A DNA stretch of 64,000 nucleotides from Clostridium sp. (GTDB taxonomy: Bacteria > Bacillota > Clostridia > Clostridiales > Clostridiaceae), in assembly GCF_050717545.1 (NCBI RefSeq), contig NZ_JBOITN010000045.1:3561-67560 (forward strand), given 5' to 3'. Positions 1 to 10,730 of this stretch are shown here, in pieces. Below the pieces are notes generated by a model. The model did no database searches. It saw only the letters and a list, made by a program, of their open reading frames with translations, and had not been told where the DNA came from. The translations under genes and the position numbers were made by a program. Position 1 is the stretch's first letter, and each line of letters opens with the position of its first letter.

Positions 1-91
1 TATATAAACACTTACTAAATGTAGTATTCACCTCTGGTATTAAGGTTTTTGATAATAGAAAAATTAAAGTTTGTTATGTTCACCCTAAATA

Positions 92-119
92 ATTAAACCA
101 CTTCATTCCAAGTGGTTTA
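92..119 (-). terminator. Rho-independent terminator after the small basic protein gene
   Basis: 11-bp perfect stem (ttaaaccactt / aagtggtttaa) with a 6-nt loop, 3 nt past the stop at 123. T-rich tail on the minus strand. Confidence 0.6.
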
Positions 120-122
120 ATT

Positions 123-335
123 CTATTTAAATAATTTTTTTATTAAACTAGAAAGACTAAAACTGGTGCGATTATATACACGATTATAGGCTGCCTTTTT
201 AGGATTTGTAAACCAGCCATATCCACGAGGTACTTTTACCCCTAGATTATGTCTTATTATTCTCTTGACACTTGTCCTGCTACTTATCATTTTCTTTAAG
301 CTTGGTTTTCTTAATCCAATTTTCAATATAATCAT
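123..335 (-). CDS. Small, very basic conserved hypothetical protein (motif PRGYGWFTNPKKAAYNRVYNRTS)
   Basis: 70-aa ORF. AGGAG abuts the ATG at 335 with no spacer, so the TTG at 326 (9-nt spacer) is the more likely start. Lys/Arg-rich; I recognise no family name. Confidence 0.5.
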   Translation of the reverse strand: MIILKIGLRKPSLKKMISSRTSVKRIIRHNLGVKVPRGYGWFTNPKKAAYNRVYNRTSFSLSSLIKKLFK

Positions 336-389
336 CTCCTAATATTAAATGGTAAGTTTAGGTATGCATAACTAATCTTTATTTCATAT

Positions 390-803
390 CTAAATTTCCC
401 CATCTACTAGTTGTTTAAAGTTTATACTTTCTAGTTCTGCATTTAAATTCTTTTGTACTCTTACCATAGCTTTATGCACAATGCATACACCACTTATATT
501 CAAATTACAAAAGCTTGGATCAATTACACATCTATTAACACATATTGGACCATCTATTGCTTCTATAACATCTTTTAAGCTTATTTGCTGTGGCAATTTA
601 TTGATAGCATATCCTCCCTTGATTCCCCTGTAAGATTTTATGATATCAGCTTTAATAAGCTTTCTTAAAAGTTTCAGAAGAAATCTTTGTGGTATGCCCT
701 CTTTTTCTGAAATTATTTTTGATTCTACCTTTTCACCATAACCTAATTTACATAAGCAAATTACTACTCTAAGACCATAATCTGCTTCTTGCGTTATTTT
801 CAT
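390..803 (-). CDS. Rrf2-family (IscR/NsrR-like) transcriptional regulator
   Basis: N-terminal MKITQEADYGLRVV winged-helix signature, about 137 aa, and C-terminal Cys residues (CVNRC...C) typical of Fe-S-binding Rrf2 proteins. Confidence 0.85.
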   Translation of the reverse strand: MKITQEADYGLRVVICLCKLGYGEKVESKIISEKEGIPQRFLLKLLRKLIKADIIKSYRGIKGGYAINKLPQQISLKDVIEAIDGPICVNRCVIDPSFCNLNISGVCIVHKAMVRVQKNLNAELESINFKQLVDGEI

Positions 804-884
804 ATTATATATCTCCCTAAGGTATACTCATTTAGTATACTTTTACTTTAAGGCCTTTTCCCTATTTTGTCAACAAAAAAATTA

Positions 885-910
885 AAAGGTACTTAATACT
901 AAGTACCTTT
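885..910 (-). terminator. Rho-independent terminator ending the ABC/glycosidase operon
   Basis: 11-bp stem (aaaggtactta / taagtaccttt), 4-nt loop, followed on the minus strand by TAATTTTTTTG. Lies 12 nt past the stop at 922. Confidence 0.8.
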
Positions 911-921
911 ATTCCATTTCA

Positions 922-1740
922 CTAACCAACAGTTGATAAATCCCATTTTTCATAAATCTTAGGTACATCGCTAATTAGTCTCTTGGTGTAATCCTCTTTA
1001 GGATTTAATATAACATCATCTGCACTCCCATGCTCTACGAATTTACCATGTTCCATAATATATACGTTATCAGATACATAATATGCAAGTCCAATATCAT
1101 GAGTAATAAATATAATTGTCATATTGTTTTCATCCCTTAATTTCAGTAGCATATCCAGTATGGTTGCTCTTGAACATGCATCTACCATGGATGTAGGTTC
1201 ATCTGCAATTAAAATTTTTGGTTTCAAGAGAAATATCCTTGCAATCATAAGCCTCTGCATCTGTCCCCCTGATAACTCAAAGGGATACTTATTTGTAAGT
1301 TCTGCAAATTTCAAGTTTACGAATCTACAAGCCTCTGTTATAAGCTCTATCTTTCTTTCCTTTGACAGATTTTTACCGCCTCTCATACTTATACAATCTA
1401 AAAGTACAGAATCTACCTTATAAAACATATTAAAAGATGCGAATGGGTCCTGAAAAACGGCTTGTATTCCCCTCCAGTAGTCCTTTTTCTTTTTATGAGA
1501 GGATATATCTCGCCTCACACCTTCAAAACCTATTTCACCCTTGGTTACACTGCTAAGTCCTAATAGCATCTGAGCCAAGGTGGTCTTGCCGCTTCCACTT
1601 TCACCTACAATAGAGATAACTTCTCCCTTGTAAAAATCAAAATCTACATCATTAACAGCTACGGTTCTTGTTTTACTACCACCAAATATCTTAGTAACAC
1701 CTCTTCCACTTAGGCACGGAAGCATTTTTTCATTACTCAT
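922..1740 (-). CDS. ABC transporter ATP-binding protein, OppF/DppF-like
   Basis: Walker [10 protein letters not shown], signature LSGGQMQR, Walker B LIADEPTS. The ATG at 1740 overlaps the upstream stop (ATGAGTAA); the longer ORF to 1818 lies inside the upstream gene. Confidence 0.9.
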   Translation of the reverse strand: MSNEKMLPCLSGRGVTKIFGGSKTRTVAVNDVDFDFYKGEVISIVGESGSGKTTLAQMLLGLSSVTKGEIGFEGVRRDISSHKKKKDYWRGIQAVFQDPFASFNMFYKVDSVLLDCISMRGGKNLSKERKIELITEACRFVNLKFAELTNKYPFELSGGQMQRLMIARIFLLKPKILIADEPTSMVDACSRATILDMLLKLRDENNMTIIFITHDIGLAYYVSDNVYIMEHGKFVEHGSADDVILNPKEDYTKRLISDVPKIYEKWDLSTVG

Positions 1741-2740
1741 CTGCGTAAACCTCCTTAAGCTGCTCAATTGAGTATATACAGCGGTACATCCTATCATCGC
1801 CAAATATCTTTGTAGCAACGTTCTGCATGGTGCATTCAGGTTTTACATATTTACAACGTTCTGCAAATCTGCAACCATTGGGAGGATTCTTTAAATTTGG
1901 AGGAGTACCAGGTATAACTGATAGTTTTTTATCCCTATTACCCGCTTCTGGAACTATTATTGAGCCCATGAGGCCTTTTGAATAAGGATGCATAGAATCA
2001 AATATCATTTCCTTGGCATTTCCTTTTTCTACAATCTGTCCTGCATACATAACCATAATATCATTAGTTACATTATATAGGAGTGGAAGTTCATGGGTAA
2101 TGAAAACCATTGACTTTATTAATCCCTTTTCCATAAGGTTTCTTAGCATCTTGATAACCATCTTCTGAGAAGTAACATCAAGTGCTGATGAAGGTTCATC
2201 TGCGATGAGCACTTTTGGCGAAAGTATGGTTGAAATTGCAATAACTGTACGTTGTTTCATACCGCCCGAAAGTTCCACTGCATGCTTTTTAAGTACTTCA
2301 GGAGGCAATCCTAATAGTTCAAATCTTTCTTTTGCAAGGTCGTGAATATCCTTAGTCGCAGCCTTTGGGTTATGTGCATGAATAACATCCTCTATTAAAC
2401 TTATAATCTTCTGCGTAGGATTTAATGCATTCATAGCTGCTTGGGGTATATAAGAAATTTCATTACCTAAAATATTTTTACGTACATCATCCGACTTCAT
2501 TCCGGATATATTCTTGCCATCTATTATTATATCACCGCTTATATAATGAAGTGGTGATATATAATATCCCATCATACTAAGTGCCAGTGTGGACTTACCA
2601 CATCCAGATTCACCTGCTATGCCAAGGGATTTTCCTTCTTCTACTTTTAAGGAAACATCGTTAACTGCATAAATACCTTCTTTCGACCTAGTTACATATT
2701 TTGTATTTAAATTGTTTACCTCCAACATTATTTTCCCCAT
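1733..2740 (-). CDS. ABC transporter ATP-binding protein, OppD/DppD-like, with C-terminal oligopeptide-type extension
   Basis: Walker [10 protein letters not shown], signature LSGGMKQR, Walker [12 protein letters not shown], and a C-terminal GCRFAERC motif typical of OppD/F tails. AAGGAGG RBS. Confidence 0.9.
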   Translation of the reverse strand: MGKIMLEVNNLNTKYVTRSKEGIYAVNDVSLKVEEGKSLGIAGESGCGKSTLALSMMGYYISPLHYISGDIIIDGKNISGMKSDDVRKNILGNEISYIPQAAMNALNPTQKIISLIEDVIHAHNPKAATKDIHDLAKERFELLGLPPEVLKKHAVELSGGMKQRTVIAISTILSPKVLIADEPSSALDVTSQKMVIKMLRNLMEKGLIKSMVFITHELPLLYNVTNDIMVMYAGQIVEKGNAKEMIFDSMHPYSKGLMGSIIVPEAGNRDKKLSVIPGTPPNLKNPPNGCRFAERCKYVKPECTMQNVATKIFGDDRMYRCIYSIEQLKEVYADE

Positions 2741-2750
2741 AGATGCCTCC

Positions 2751-3992
2751 TTAATCTCTTAACTGTGGATTGAATACCTGATCAAGCCCTGTATTCATCA
2801 AGTTAAGTGAAAATGATATTAATGTAATTGCTAAGATAACTGGCAGAAAAGCCCACCATGATCCGGTAAGAGGTGCTTTATATGCCATTGCCCAGTTCAG
2901 CATTAGACCAAGTGTTGAAACTTTAGTCGTAGCCGGTCCTAGTCCTATCATTGACAACTGTGCCTCTGCAAGAATGCCAGAAGATATCTGAAGGATAAAT
3001 GCCATAACCACATAAGAAGCTACATATGGTAAAATATCTGTTAAAATAATCCTTGGCAGGCTATGACCTGATAATTTTGAGATATTAACATGATTACGAT
3101 TTCGAAGAGATATAACCTGGGAACGTACGGACCTTGTGGTCCATGGCCATGAGGTGAGACCTATAATCGTTGCCGTGAGCATAACCCCCCTTGCACTTTC
3201 ACCTACACTAAACGATATTAATACCAAAAGAATAAATGAAGGAATAACTGTAAAAATGTTCGTAATAAACATGATAAAATCGTCTAAAGTTCCTCCCACA
3301 TATCCTGACAAAAGTCCTAGTACTAATCCGAAAAGTGTAGCTATAGTTCCTGCAACCAGCCCAATCTTTAAAGATGTTCCCATAGCTGCTACAAGTTCTG
3401 TAAGCACATCACGCCCAAAGTTATCGGTTCCCAAAATAAAATTTCTTTTATTTACAATATCCTTCGTGTTTACAAATGCCTGTGAATCAAGTGGTTTAGT
3501 TGAACCTAATACTCCATCCTTATCCTTAGTAGATATATATATATCCTCACTGTTAATTAATTTGTTTATCTTATTATTTAACCTCACATAATTCATCTTC
3601 TCTGCAGCTAATAAACCTGTTTGCACAACTTTAGAGTCATAATTTTCCTCCCACAACTTAACAAGAGTCTCCACATCCTCTATATCTACTTCAGTTTTTT
3701 TTACATTGGCAAATCGAATAAGCCAGTCTGCCATACTTTGCTTATCTGCTATTGATATAGATTTAAGCCTCGCTGAATCCGTGTTTATCTTCAACGTATA
3801 TTCATTAGTCTGTACTACATCTTTTACAGCTACATAGGTACCTGGTTTATAGAACAGTCCACCTACCATATCTAGTGGATCTGCTTTTATAAACAGAGGG
3901 TAAAATATAATCATAAAAAATATAATAATAAAAATTACAAACCCAATAACAAATTTAGGCGAATGAAATACTTGTTTTATCAGATTCTTCAT
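2751..3992 (-). CDS. ABC transporter permease, OppC/DppC-like, with long extracytoplasmic insert after TM1
   Basis: BPD-transporter-type membrane protein. It has an N-terminal TM, a hydrophilic region of roughly 150 aa, then five TMs. GGAGG RBS. Confidence 0.85.
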   Translation of the reverse strand: MKNLIKQVFHSPKFVIGFVIFIIIFFMIIFYPLFIKADPLDMVGGLFYKPGTYVAVKDVVQTNEYTLKINTDSARLKSISIADKQSMADWLIRFANVKKTEVDIEDVETLVKLWEENYDSKVVQTGLLAAEKMNYVRLNNKINKLINSEDIYISTKDKDGVLGSTKPLDSQAFVNTKDIVNKRNFILGTDNFGRDVLTELVAAMGTSLKIGLVAGTIATLFGLVLGLLSGYVGGTLDDFIMFITNIFTVIPSFILLVLISFSVGESARGVMLTATIIGLTSWPWTTRSVRSQVISLRNRNHVNISKLSGHSLPRIILTDILPYVASYVVMAFILQISSGILAEAQLSMIGLGPATTKVSTLGLMLNWAMAYKAPLTGSWWAFLPVILAITLISFSLNLMNTGLDQVFNPQLRD

Positions 3993-4008
3993 AACAATAC
4001 CTCCTATA

Positions 4009-5013
4009 TTAGTCCTGTTGTGCCGCCTTGACTCTCGGGTCTATAAGCCCATAAAGTATCTCAACAGTCAAGTTTGCAATAAGTACCATAATTGTAATAA
4101 TCAATGTGCATCCAGAAATAAGAGGATAATCTCTTCCACTTATAGCTGCAAGCAATGTAGTACCAAGTCCCGGATAACTGAAAATAATCTCTGAAACTAA
4201 TGCGCCACCTACCATAGTTCCTAGTGATAATGCAAGTCCTGTAATTTGAGGCAGCATCGAATTTCTAAAAACATATTTAACAATCTTTGAGTCTTTGATA
4301 CCTAAAAAGCGACTGTACTTGACATAATCTTCATTAAGCTCATAGATTGACATGGAACGCATTCCAATTGCCTGCCCACCTATGGTTATAAGTACAATAG
4401 ACCAAAATGGAAGTTGATAATGATAAATAACTGAACCTATAAATTTGAGGCTGAGGTTTGGATTCATATCATATCCATATCCAAGTGCTGTGGGAAACCA
4501 TTTTAAATAGACTCCAAAGAAAAATTGTAATAAAATGGCCATTCCAAATGCTGGCATATTGCTTAAAAATAAGAAAGATGGAAGTATTCCTTTATCCCAT
4601 ACACCCCTTACATATGCAGCTATAGCTCCTAAAATATTTCCTAAAAACCAACCCACTATAATAGCTGGTAACTGAAGACATATTGTCCACCATACAGATT
4701 TTGCTAATATATCTGATACGGTTCTAGGATAATACATAAATGAAACACCTAAATTGCCTCTAAATAAATTCTTAACAAATTCAAAAAACTGTACATACAT
4801 AGGCTGATTTATTCCAAATGTCTTAGCATATTCTTCATAAACCTTTTGTATAGCTGTTTGATTCGTCATCCCTTTTGTTGCTCTTATTGCAATAGCTGAT
4901 ACTGGATTACCTGGCATAAGTCGAGGTAATATAAAATTTAAAAACACTGCGACTACAAAAGTCAATAAATACCATATAATCTTATTAGAATAATATTTTT
5001 TATAGCCTTTCAA
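4009..5013 (-). CDS. ABC transporter permease, OppB/DppB-like
   Basis: 334-aa polytopic protein with an OppB-type N-terminus ([26 protein letters not shown]). TTG start preceded by GAGGTGGTG. Confidence 0.85.
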   Translation of the reverse strand: MKGYKKYYSNKIIWYLLTFVVAVFLNFILPRLMPGNPVSAIAIRATKGMTNQTAIQKVYEEYAKTFGINQPMYVQFFEFVKNLFRGNLGVSFMYYPRTVSDILAKSVWWTICLQLPAIIVGWFLGNILGAIAAYVRGVWDKGILPSFLFLSNMPAFGMAILLQFFFGVYLKWFPTALGYGYDMNPNLSLKFIGSVIYHYQLPFWSIVLITIGGQAIGMRSMSIYELNEDYVKYSRFLGIKDSKIVKYVFRNSMLPQITGLALSLGTMVGGALVSEIIFSYPGLGTTLLAAISGRDYPLISGCTLIITIMVLIANLTVEILYGLIDPRVKAAQQD

Positions 5014-5059
5014 TACATCACCACCTCATATGTAGTTAGTATAATTTAAAATTGAAAAC

Positions 5060-5098
5060 TAGCCATGCTTTCAGCTTACTACTTAAAAAGCATGGCTA
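5060..5098 (-). terminator. Intra-operon hairpin (partial terminator or processing site) after the binding-protein gene
   Basis: 12-bp perfect stem (tagccatgcttt / aaagcatggcta) followed on the minus strand by GTTTTCAATTTT. Sits between the SBP and permease genes. Confidence 0.6.
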
Positions 5099-5145
5099 AT
5101 TTTTTATACTATAGCAAGTAATTTAACATCTTACTTGCTTAGATA

Positions 5146-6996
5146 TTACTTAACTAATTCAATTGTATACAAACCAGCTATGCCATAACCATCTGTTAAA
5201 TCATATGGAGGAATTCCAATTTTTTCATTAAATTTTGAGCCCTCTTGTGGGTAATTTGTCCATATAGTTTCATTAACTGTATAAAATACTTCCGGTCTAT
5301 ACATCAATGAGAAAGATGGTACTTCTGTTAAATAAATTTTAGATAATTCTGTATAATGTGCTTTAAGTTTTGCCTTATCTGTCTCGTGAGGAATTAATTC
5401 TAATAATTTATCAGCTCTTGCATTTGCATATCCGCCAAAGTTACCAATCATCTGAGTTTTCATTTTATTGTAAGAACTTGATAATATACCATAAGCGCGC
5501 GTCCACGGATTTGAAATACCTGCTGCTGACGGACTGTACATAGCAATATCAAAGTTTTTATTTCCTAAATCATCATAAAATGTGTTGGCATCTGGAAAAT
5601 ATGTGGTGATCTCAATACCGATTTTTTTACCTGCTGCTGCAACGATTTCTAGAGAAGCATTCCAATCAGACCATCCTGCCGGACATTCAGCCTTAAATGC
5701 AAGGTTTTTCCCTTTATATTCTCTTATCCCATCACCATTTGTATCTTTAATTCCTGCAGTATCTAGAAGTTTCTTAGCGCTATCAATATCATTTCCAGTC
5801 CACTGAACACTCTTTAATTCAGTTTGATCTACTAATGCCTGCTCAGCTTTTGATGGGCTCATTAAAGAACGAGGAACATCTGTAAATGATGGAGAATATC
5901 CACTCATCGCAGTTTTAATAATTTGGTCATAGTCAACTGCTAACGCAATTGCTTTACGAACTGCAACTTGGTCTAGTCCTGGTTTCTTTATATTAAAGTA
6001 TGCGGTTGGCATTGTAGCTGCTAAATAATATGGAGATTCAGGTAAATATGTTGATATTTTTCCACCTGACATCATACTTGCAACATCACTAATGAACTGC
6101 TGTGAAACATCAACTTCACCAGCCTTGAATGCTGTATCACCAGCGGCATTATCTTTGAAGATATTATGAGCAATATATTTAGGAACTGGAAGTTTACCCC
6201 ACATAGAAGTTGCTTTTCCCCAGTAATTATCGTCTCTTTGTAATACAACCTTTTGGTCATTTGAGATAAAAGGTTTATATGGACCAGATCCAACAAAATC
6301 CTCCATCTTATCGATTTTAATCTTGGTAGCATCATTGTTATCTCTAGCTTCAACTTTCTGTAAGTATGCTTTTTGTAATACATACTGCTTTGGAAGGTAC
6401 TCTGTAACCTTTAATGGATTTAAGGCAACACCTTCACTATTTAATTTTGCTGTAAGTACAACTGTAGAATCATCTGTTGCTTTAACACTATCTATATATG
6501 TTGCGTAATCTGATCCGCCTGCACTTTCATATTTAACATTTGTATCAAATGTGTAAGCAACATCGTTTGCAGTAACTGCTGTTCCATCACTCCATTTTGC
6601 ATCCTTATTCATTTTAACTGTAAGTGTAGTATGAGCATCATTCCATACTGCATCTCCATCTGCAAGAAGCGGATACAGTTTACCATCCAGCATATTATAC
6701 ATGTATAGTGTTTCATACGATAATGTCCTAGCAGAATCCTTCTGTGCAATTGCCATAGCATTATTTGAGTTACTAGACAACGGATTCCAATCTGTGATTG
6801 CACCCCATTGCTGTCCATTAAAATAAACTGTTTCGTTTCTTGGCGTAGAACTCTTGTCAGTAGTTTTTGTGTCTGTGGTTTTTGTATCCGCCGCTTTCGA
6901 AACGGGTTCAGTAGTTTTTGAGCAGCCAATAGCCATGGTTGCAACCATTGTTGTAATTGTCAATAAAGAACAGATTTTTTTCCAGCGATTATTAAT
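5146..6996 (-). CDS. Family-5 (peptide/nickel-type) ABC substrate-binding lipoprotein, probably oligosaccharide-binding
   Basis: Large SBP_bac_5-like protein with lipobox AIGC and a Thr/Lys-rich linker. The reading frame is open upstream of the listed TTG (6963). An ATT at 6996 lies 8 nt after AAGGGGG and restores an RWKK n-region. The start is uncertain (6996 or 6963). Confidence 0.85.
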   Translation of the reverse strand: MNNRWKKICSLLTITTMVATMAIGCSKTTEPVSKAADTKTTDTKTTDKSSTPRNETVYFNGQQWGAITDWNPLSSNSNNAMAIAQKDSARTLSYETLYMYNMLDGKLYPLLADGDAVWNDAHTTLTVKMNKDAKWSDGTAVTANDVAYTFDTNVKYESAGGSDYATYIDSVKATDDSTVVLTAKLNSEGVALNPLKVTEYLPKQYVLQKAYLQKVEARDNNDATKIKIDKMEDFVGSGPYKPFISNDQKVVLQRDDNYWGKATSMWGKLPVPKYIAHNIFKDNAAGDTAFKAGEVDVSQQFISDVASMMSGGKISTYLPESPYYLAATMPTAYFNIKKPGLDQVAVRKAIALAVDYDQIIKTAMSGYSPSFTDVPRSLMSPSKAEQALVDQTELKSVQWTGNDIDSAKKLLDTAGIKDTNGDGIREYKGKNLAFKAECPAGWSDWNASLEIVAAAGKKIGIEITTYFPDANTFYDDLGNKNFDIAMYSPSAAGISNPWTRAYGILSSSYNKMKTQMIGNFGGYANARADKLLELIPHETDKAKLKAHYTELSKIYLTEVPSFSLMYRPEVFYTVNETIWTNYPQEGSKFNEKIGIPPYDLTDGYGIAGLYTIELVK

Positions 6997-7065
6997 TTTA
7001 AAAACCCCCTTTAAAATATAGTTTCATATTGAATATTTAATTGTACATGCTTATTATACTATATG

Positions 7066-7079
7066 TGTAAACGATTTAA
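7066..7079. promoter_or_regulatory. cre-like CcpA operator candidate
   Basis: TGTAAACGATTTAA matches TGWAANCGNTNWCA at 13 of 14 positions. It is intergenic, about 70 nt upstream of the SBP start. Confidence 0.3.
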
Positions 7080-7127
7080 AAGAAAATTTTATAATATATT
7101 ACATTTTTTATATTATCCTTTATTTTA

Positions 7128-8195
7128 TCAATTCCAAATTTCAGGTCCAAAACTCTTTAAAAATATACTGAGTTCAAAAGCCATCTGCTCAGCCTCTGGT
7201 ATTCTAATGCATAGCGGAGTTCCACGACCATTACATGAATATAAAAAGTGTTGAATTTTTACATCATTAATCTTAAGGCATATAATACCTATGGCACGAT
7301 CCCATGAAGAATGATGGTTCATAATTGTAGTAGTAAGTACAATAAAGGCATTTGGATAGCATCTTCGTATATTTAAAACAAATTCTCTGTAATGCTCACT
7401 CCATTTCTTTGCCTTTTCTCCCTTATCATCTTCCTTCATGTAGTCTCGCGGAACTGCATCATTTTGTCCAATATCAATTACCACTACCTGTGGGGTATAT
7501 CCTCTGAAGTCCCAATTAGTAATATCCCCAATATCTGGATTGAAATGGAGTTTATCATATATGCTTTCCATTCCAATACACTCTGTTTCATGGAAATATC
7601 CACTATCATCAAGAAGGGATATGCCTCCCTGTGCGATGATACTAACCTGTGCTTTCAAATTCCTTGCTGTCACCATAGCATAAGAATGCCAGGCATTTGA
7701 ATATTCTCCATTATAATTAAGATTCTGCTTGATTACATAATCCACATCCTCTATTAACTCCCCTGTAGCTGCTGAGTCTCCATAAAATTCAATACATTTT
7801 CTAGGTTTTTTAGAATGTTTTATTATCTTACTGTCTTTAGATACATTAAACCCATAGAAGGTGAATTCATGGCACGCATCTTGCCTTTTAAAAACAATTA
7901 CTTCATGGAATTTATCACCTCTCAAATCACTTACCAGTGTTATTTCTTGCAAGCTACTGTCATTTGAAAGAAGAACCTTTTTCTCCACTCCGTCTATGAT
8001 ATAACCTATATAGTTAATATAATAACTATGGTTATTTTTAACTAATATTTTAAGACTTACTCCTGTAAAACACATTGAAACTGAACTTGCCGGAAATATA
8101 AATATTGGTTCCAGAGAATTCGTAAAATCAATTCTTCCGCTGTAAGTCAGTTCTTCTAAGTTCGCAATAACAATTTTTTCACTTTCTCTTTCCAT
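7128..8195 (-). CDS. SGNH/GDSL hydrolase with N-terminal beta-sandwich, CE2-like acetyl esterase
   Basis: GDS block (FYGDSAATGE), later GQND block (IDIGQNDAV), about 355 aa, no signal peptide. The ATG at 8195 follows AGGTGA by 7 nt; the listed start at 8204 is a GTG inside that RBS. Confidence 0.7.
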   Translation of the reverse strand: MERESEKIVIANLEELTYSGRIDFTNSLEPIFIFPASSVSMCFTGVSLKILVKNNHSYYINYIGYIIDGVEKKVLLSNDSSLQEITLVSDLRGDKFHEVIVFKRQDACHEFTFYGFNVSKDSKIIKHSKKPRKCIEFYGDSAATGELIEDVDYVIKQNLNYNGEYSNAWHSYAMVTARNLKAQVSIIAQGGISLLDDSGYFHETECIGMESIYDKLHFNPDIGDITNWDFRGYTPQVVVIDIGQNDAVPRDYMKEDDKGEKAKKWSEHYREFVLNIRRCYPNAFIVLTTTIMNHHSSWDRAIGIICLKINDVKIQHFLYSCNGRGTPLCIRIPEAEQMAFELSIFLKSFGPEIWN

Positions 8196-8208
8196 TTTTC
8201 TCACCTTC

Positions 8209-10695
8209 TTACATTATATTATAAACGCTTCTAAGCTTTATACCCTTAGGTCTTCCGCTCAATATTTTAATTCTTCTTTCATCTCCATTTATATCAAAAT
8301 AATTATCCCCTAGGAGCATATCATCATTTTCATTTATTATCTCTACACTTTTTGCATAGCTTTTGGATGAAATTATAATTTCATCTCCATCTATTTTGTA
8401 GTTTAATTTTGGGTCAATAAATTTAAAGTGCTTTGAAACAGAGAATATGACAGTACCCATAGATATTATTTCTCCATCTTTTAACATTTCATAACTTACA
8501 TAGTCTTCATAAAGAGATGCTTCCTGCATATTGACAATACCAAGCCATGTGCTCGATAGTTTTTCTGTTACAACCTCTTGACATCCTTGCTTCTTTATTT
8601 CTGCTTTGTTATTACGAAGTGCCCACTTTACAGTAACCTTTTCATTATTCAAAGATTCATTTGCTACGCACAGCTGAATAGATTTTTTTACTTCATAAGG
8701 CTCAGCGTTAACATTTGTGTCCTGTGTTAGGATTCCTTCTTCTTTACATGAAATCATAAGAGGTGAAAAAAATCTTTTAGCATAATAATGCAGTGCCTTC
8801 CACCTGCCACAGTAATCTATGGATGACCAGGATGCAACCGGCCAGCAGTCATTTAGTTGCCAATAAATAGCCCCCATACATCTTCCTCTATTTCTACGGA
8901 AATGTTCCACACCATAGCGAATTGCATCTGCCTGTAGCAATTGTGACGCGTAAAGCAGCTTATCAAAATCATTAGGATATAAGTAAGTGTCACCCATATA
9001 ACTCATTATCTTGCTATTAGCTCCATTATTTCTCTGATGCTTTTCCATAACATAGGAGAATATATTCCTGTCCGATGGCTTCGTAAATGTTTCTACGGTT
9101 TTAAGTGCCGGGAATGACTGAAATCCAAATTCAGATATATATCGGAAGAAGAACTTCCTGTATTCAGTGAATGGTTTATTTCCATGCCATACGTCCCAGT
9201 AATGTACGTCGCCTCTGTTTTCATCATTTGGGTTATCAAATCCGCCTCCTGATGATGGGCTTGCAGGCCAGTAGAATGTCTGAGGGTCATTTTCTTTTAA
9301 TATCTTGGGAATAATATATTCATAAATCTTTATATAATCACTCTTAAGTTTTGGCGTAAGATCCCAGTTGCCAGTTGCTACAAACATTTCCATTTCATTA
9401 TTTCCGCACCAAAGAGCAAGTGAGGGATGACTTCGGATTCTCTTAATATTATCTTTAATTTCTGCTTTAATATTTTCTTCAAAATCTTCCGTCAGATTAT
9501 AATTTGCACATGCAAACATGAAATCCTGCCATACTATAAGTCCTAATTCATCACAGGCATCCCAAAATGAATCATATGGATAATTGCCTCCTCCCCATAC
9601 ACGTATTACATTAAAATGTGCGTCCTTGCACTGTTTCAAGAGATTATATGTTCTATCCCTTGTTACCCTGCTTAATATATTGTCTTCTGGTATATAATCT
9701 GCACCCATAGCAAATATTTTTATACCATTTACTTCATGTGCGAAACTCTCCCCAAACTCATCCTTTTCAATATTCATGGTCATAGTTCGAAGTCCAATTC
9801 GTCTCTCCCAGGTATCCAGTTTAACATAATCTTGCATTAGCACTACTTTTATATTATATAGTGGCTGATCCCCATATCCATTAGGCCACCAGATTTTCGG
9901 ATTATCAACTACAATTTTTTCAGGTGATTCGTTATAAACCTCTTCTTTTCCATCAGGATTTGTAATAATAACCTTATACGAATAACCACGTCTTATTGCC
10001 TTATTTCCAACATCATTAAATCTTATACCAGTTTTACCCTGTGTACGCGTCATATCCACCTGAAACCCAAGTGTTACCTTGCCCTCTTTGTGATCTTGGT
10101 AGATATAGGCACTGTCTATTCTTGCACTACTTATTCCCATAAGTGAAACATCTCTCCAAATGCCCATATCCGGAAGCCTTGGTCCCCAATCCCATCCGAA
10201 CATGCAGTGTGCTTTTCTAATCTGTGGAAAACCTCTCATAGCATCATCAGAACCTCCAATATGGAGTTTTTTATCTGCCTCTTTAATAAATTTAGTTGGC
10301 GAGTGAAAAAGTATTTTTAATTCATTTCCTTCTTCTTTAATGTATCTCTTTACTTCAAATTCCCAGGTTCTATGCATATTATTAACGTATGCAATATGTT
10401 GCCCGTTTAAATAAATATCTGCAAGTGAATCTATTCCGTCAAAATGCAACATAACTTCATCACAACTTAGCATGTCCTTTGATGTATTAAAGCTACTTTT
10501 ATACTCATAATCCTGCTCCATAAGCTTTAATGCCGTTAACTCATTATCACGGTAATATGGGTCCTCCATTTTATGATTTTTAAGTAGGTCACTATAAACT
10601 GATCCCGGTACAAATGCCTCCATAAATTTCTCATCGCTCATACCTTTCATCTTAAAGCCATCATTTAGTTTTTCAATAATCATATTCCCCTCCAT
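8209..10695 (-). CDS. GH2 beta-mannosidase
   Basis: 828 aa with a GH2 sugar-binding N-domain, [12 protein letters not shown], and acid/base region WCGNNEMEM typical of beta-mannosidases. No signal peptide. Alternative start at 10683 behind GGAGGGG. Confidence 0.8.
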   Translation of the reverse strand: MEGNMIIEKLNDGFKMKGMSDEKFMEAFVPGSVYSDLLKNHKMEDPYYRDNELTALKLMEQDYEYKSSFNTSKDMLSCDEVMLHFDGIDSLADIYLNGQHIAYVNNMHRTWEFEVKRYIKEEGNELKILFHSPTKFIKEADKKLHIGGSDDAMRGFPQIRKAHCMFGWDWGPRLPDMGIWRDVSLMGISSARIDSAYIYQDHKEGKVTLGFQVDMTRTQGKTGIRFNDVGNKAIRRGYSYKVIITNPDGKEEVYNESPEKIVVDNPKIWWPNGYGDQPLYNIKVVLMQDYVKLDTWERRIGLRTMTMNIEKDEFGESFAHEVNGIKIFAMGADYIPEDNILSRVTRDRTYNLLKQCKDAHFNVIRVWGGGNYPYDSFWDACDELGLIVWQDFMFACANYNLTEDFEENIKAEIKDNIKRIRSHPSLALWCGNNEMEMFVATGNWDLTPKLKSDYIKIYEYIIPKILKENDPQTFYWPASPSSGGGFDNPNDENRGDVHYWDVWHGNKPFTEYRKFFFRYISEFGFQSFPALKTVETFTKPSDRNIFSYVMEKHQRNNGANSKIMSYMGDTYLYPNDFDKLLYASQLLQADAIRYGVEHFRRNRGRCMGAIYWQLNDCWPVASWSSIDYCGRWKALHYYAKRFFSPLMISCKEEGILTQDTNVNAEPYEVKKSIQLCVANESLNNEKVTVKWALRNNKAEIKKQGCQEVVTEKLSSTWLGIVNMQEASLYEDYVSYEMLKDGEIISMGTVIFSVSKHFKFIDPKLNYKIDGDEIIISSKSYAKSVEIINENDDMLLGDNYFDINGDERRIKILSGRPKGIKLRSVYNIM

Positions 10696-10730
10696 TTGCC
10701 ACCTTGTTGAGAGGATGGCAGTCTTTTATG

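Noticed and set aside
1124-1423. Plus-strand 99-aa ORF inside the OppF-like gene. Similar antisense or nested ORFs occur at 3136-3591, 5582-5806, 6072-6383, 6323-6508, 6609-6944, 7392-7700, 9093-9290, 10750-11088, 11405-11957, 14224-14430, 15007-16074, 17379-17963, 22029-22700, 23141-23745, 24747-25103, 26208-26465, 27538-27816, 28965-29558 and 31031-31267.
   Set aside because: All lie wholly within, and mostly antisense to, long ORFs with clear family signatures. They have low-complexity AT-codon-driven sequences (Ile/Phe/Ser/Leu-rich), no RBS and no recognisable motifs. They are typical shadow ORFs of an AT-rich genome.
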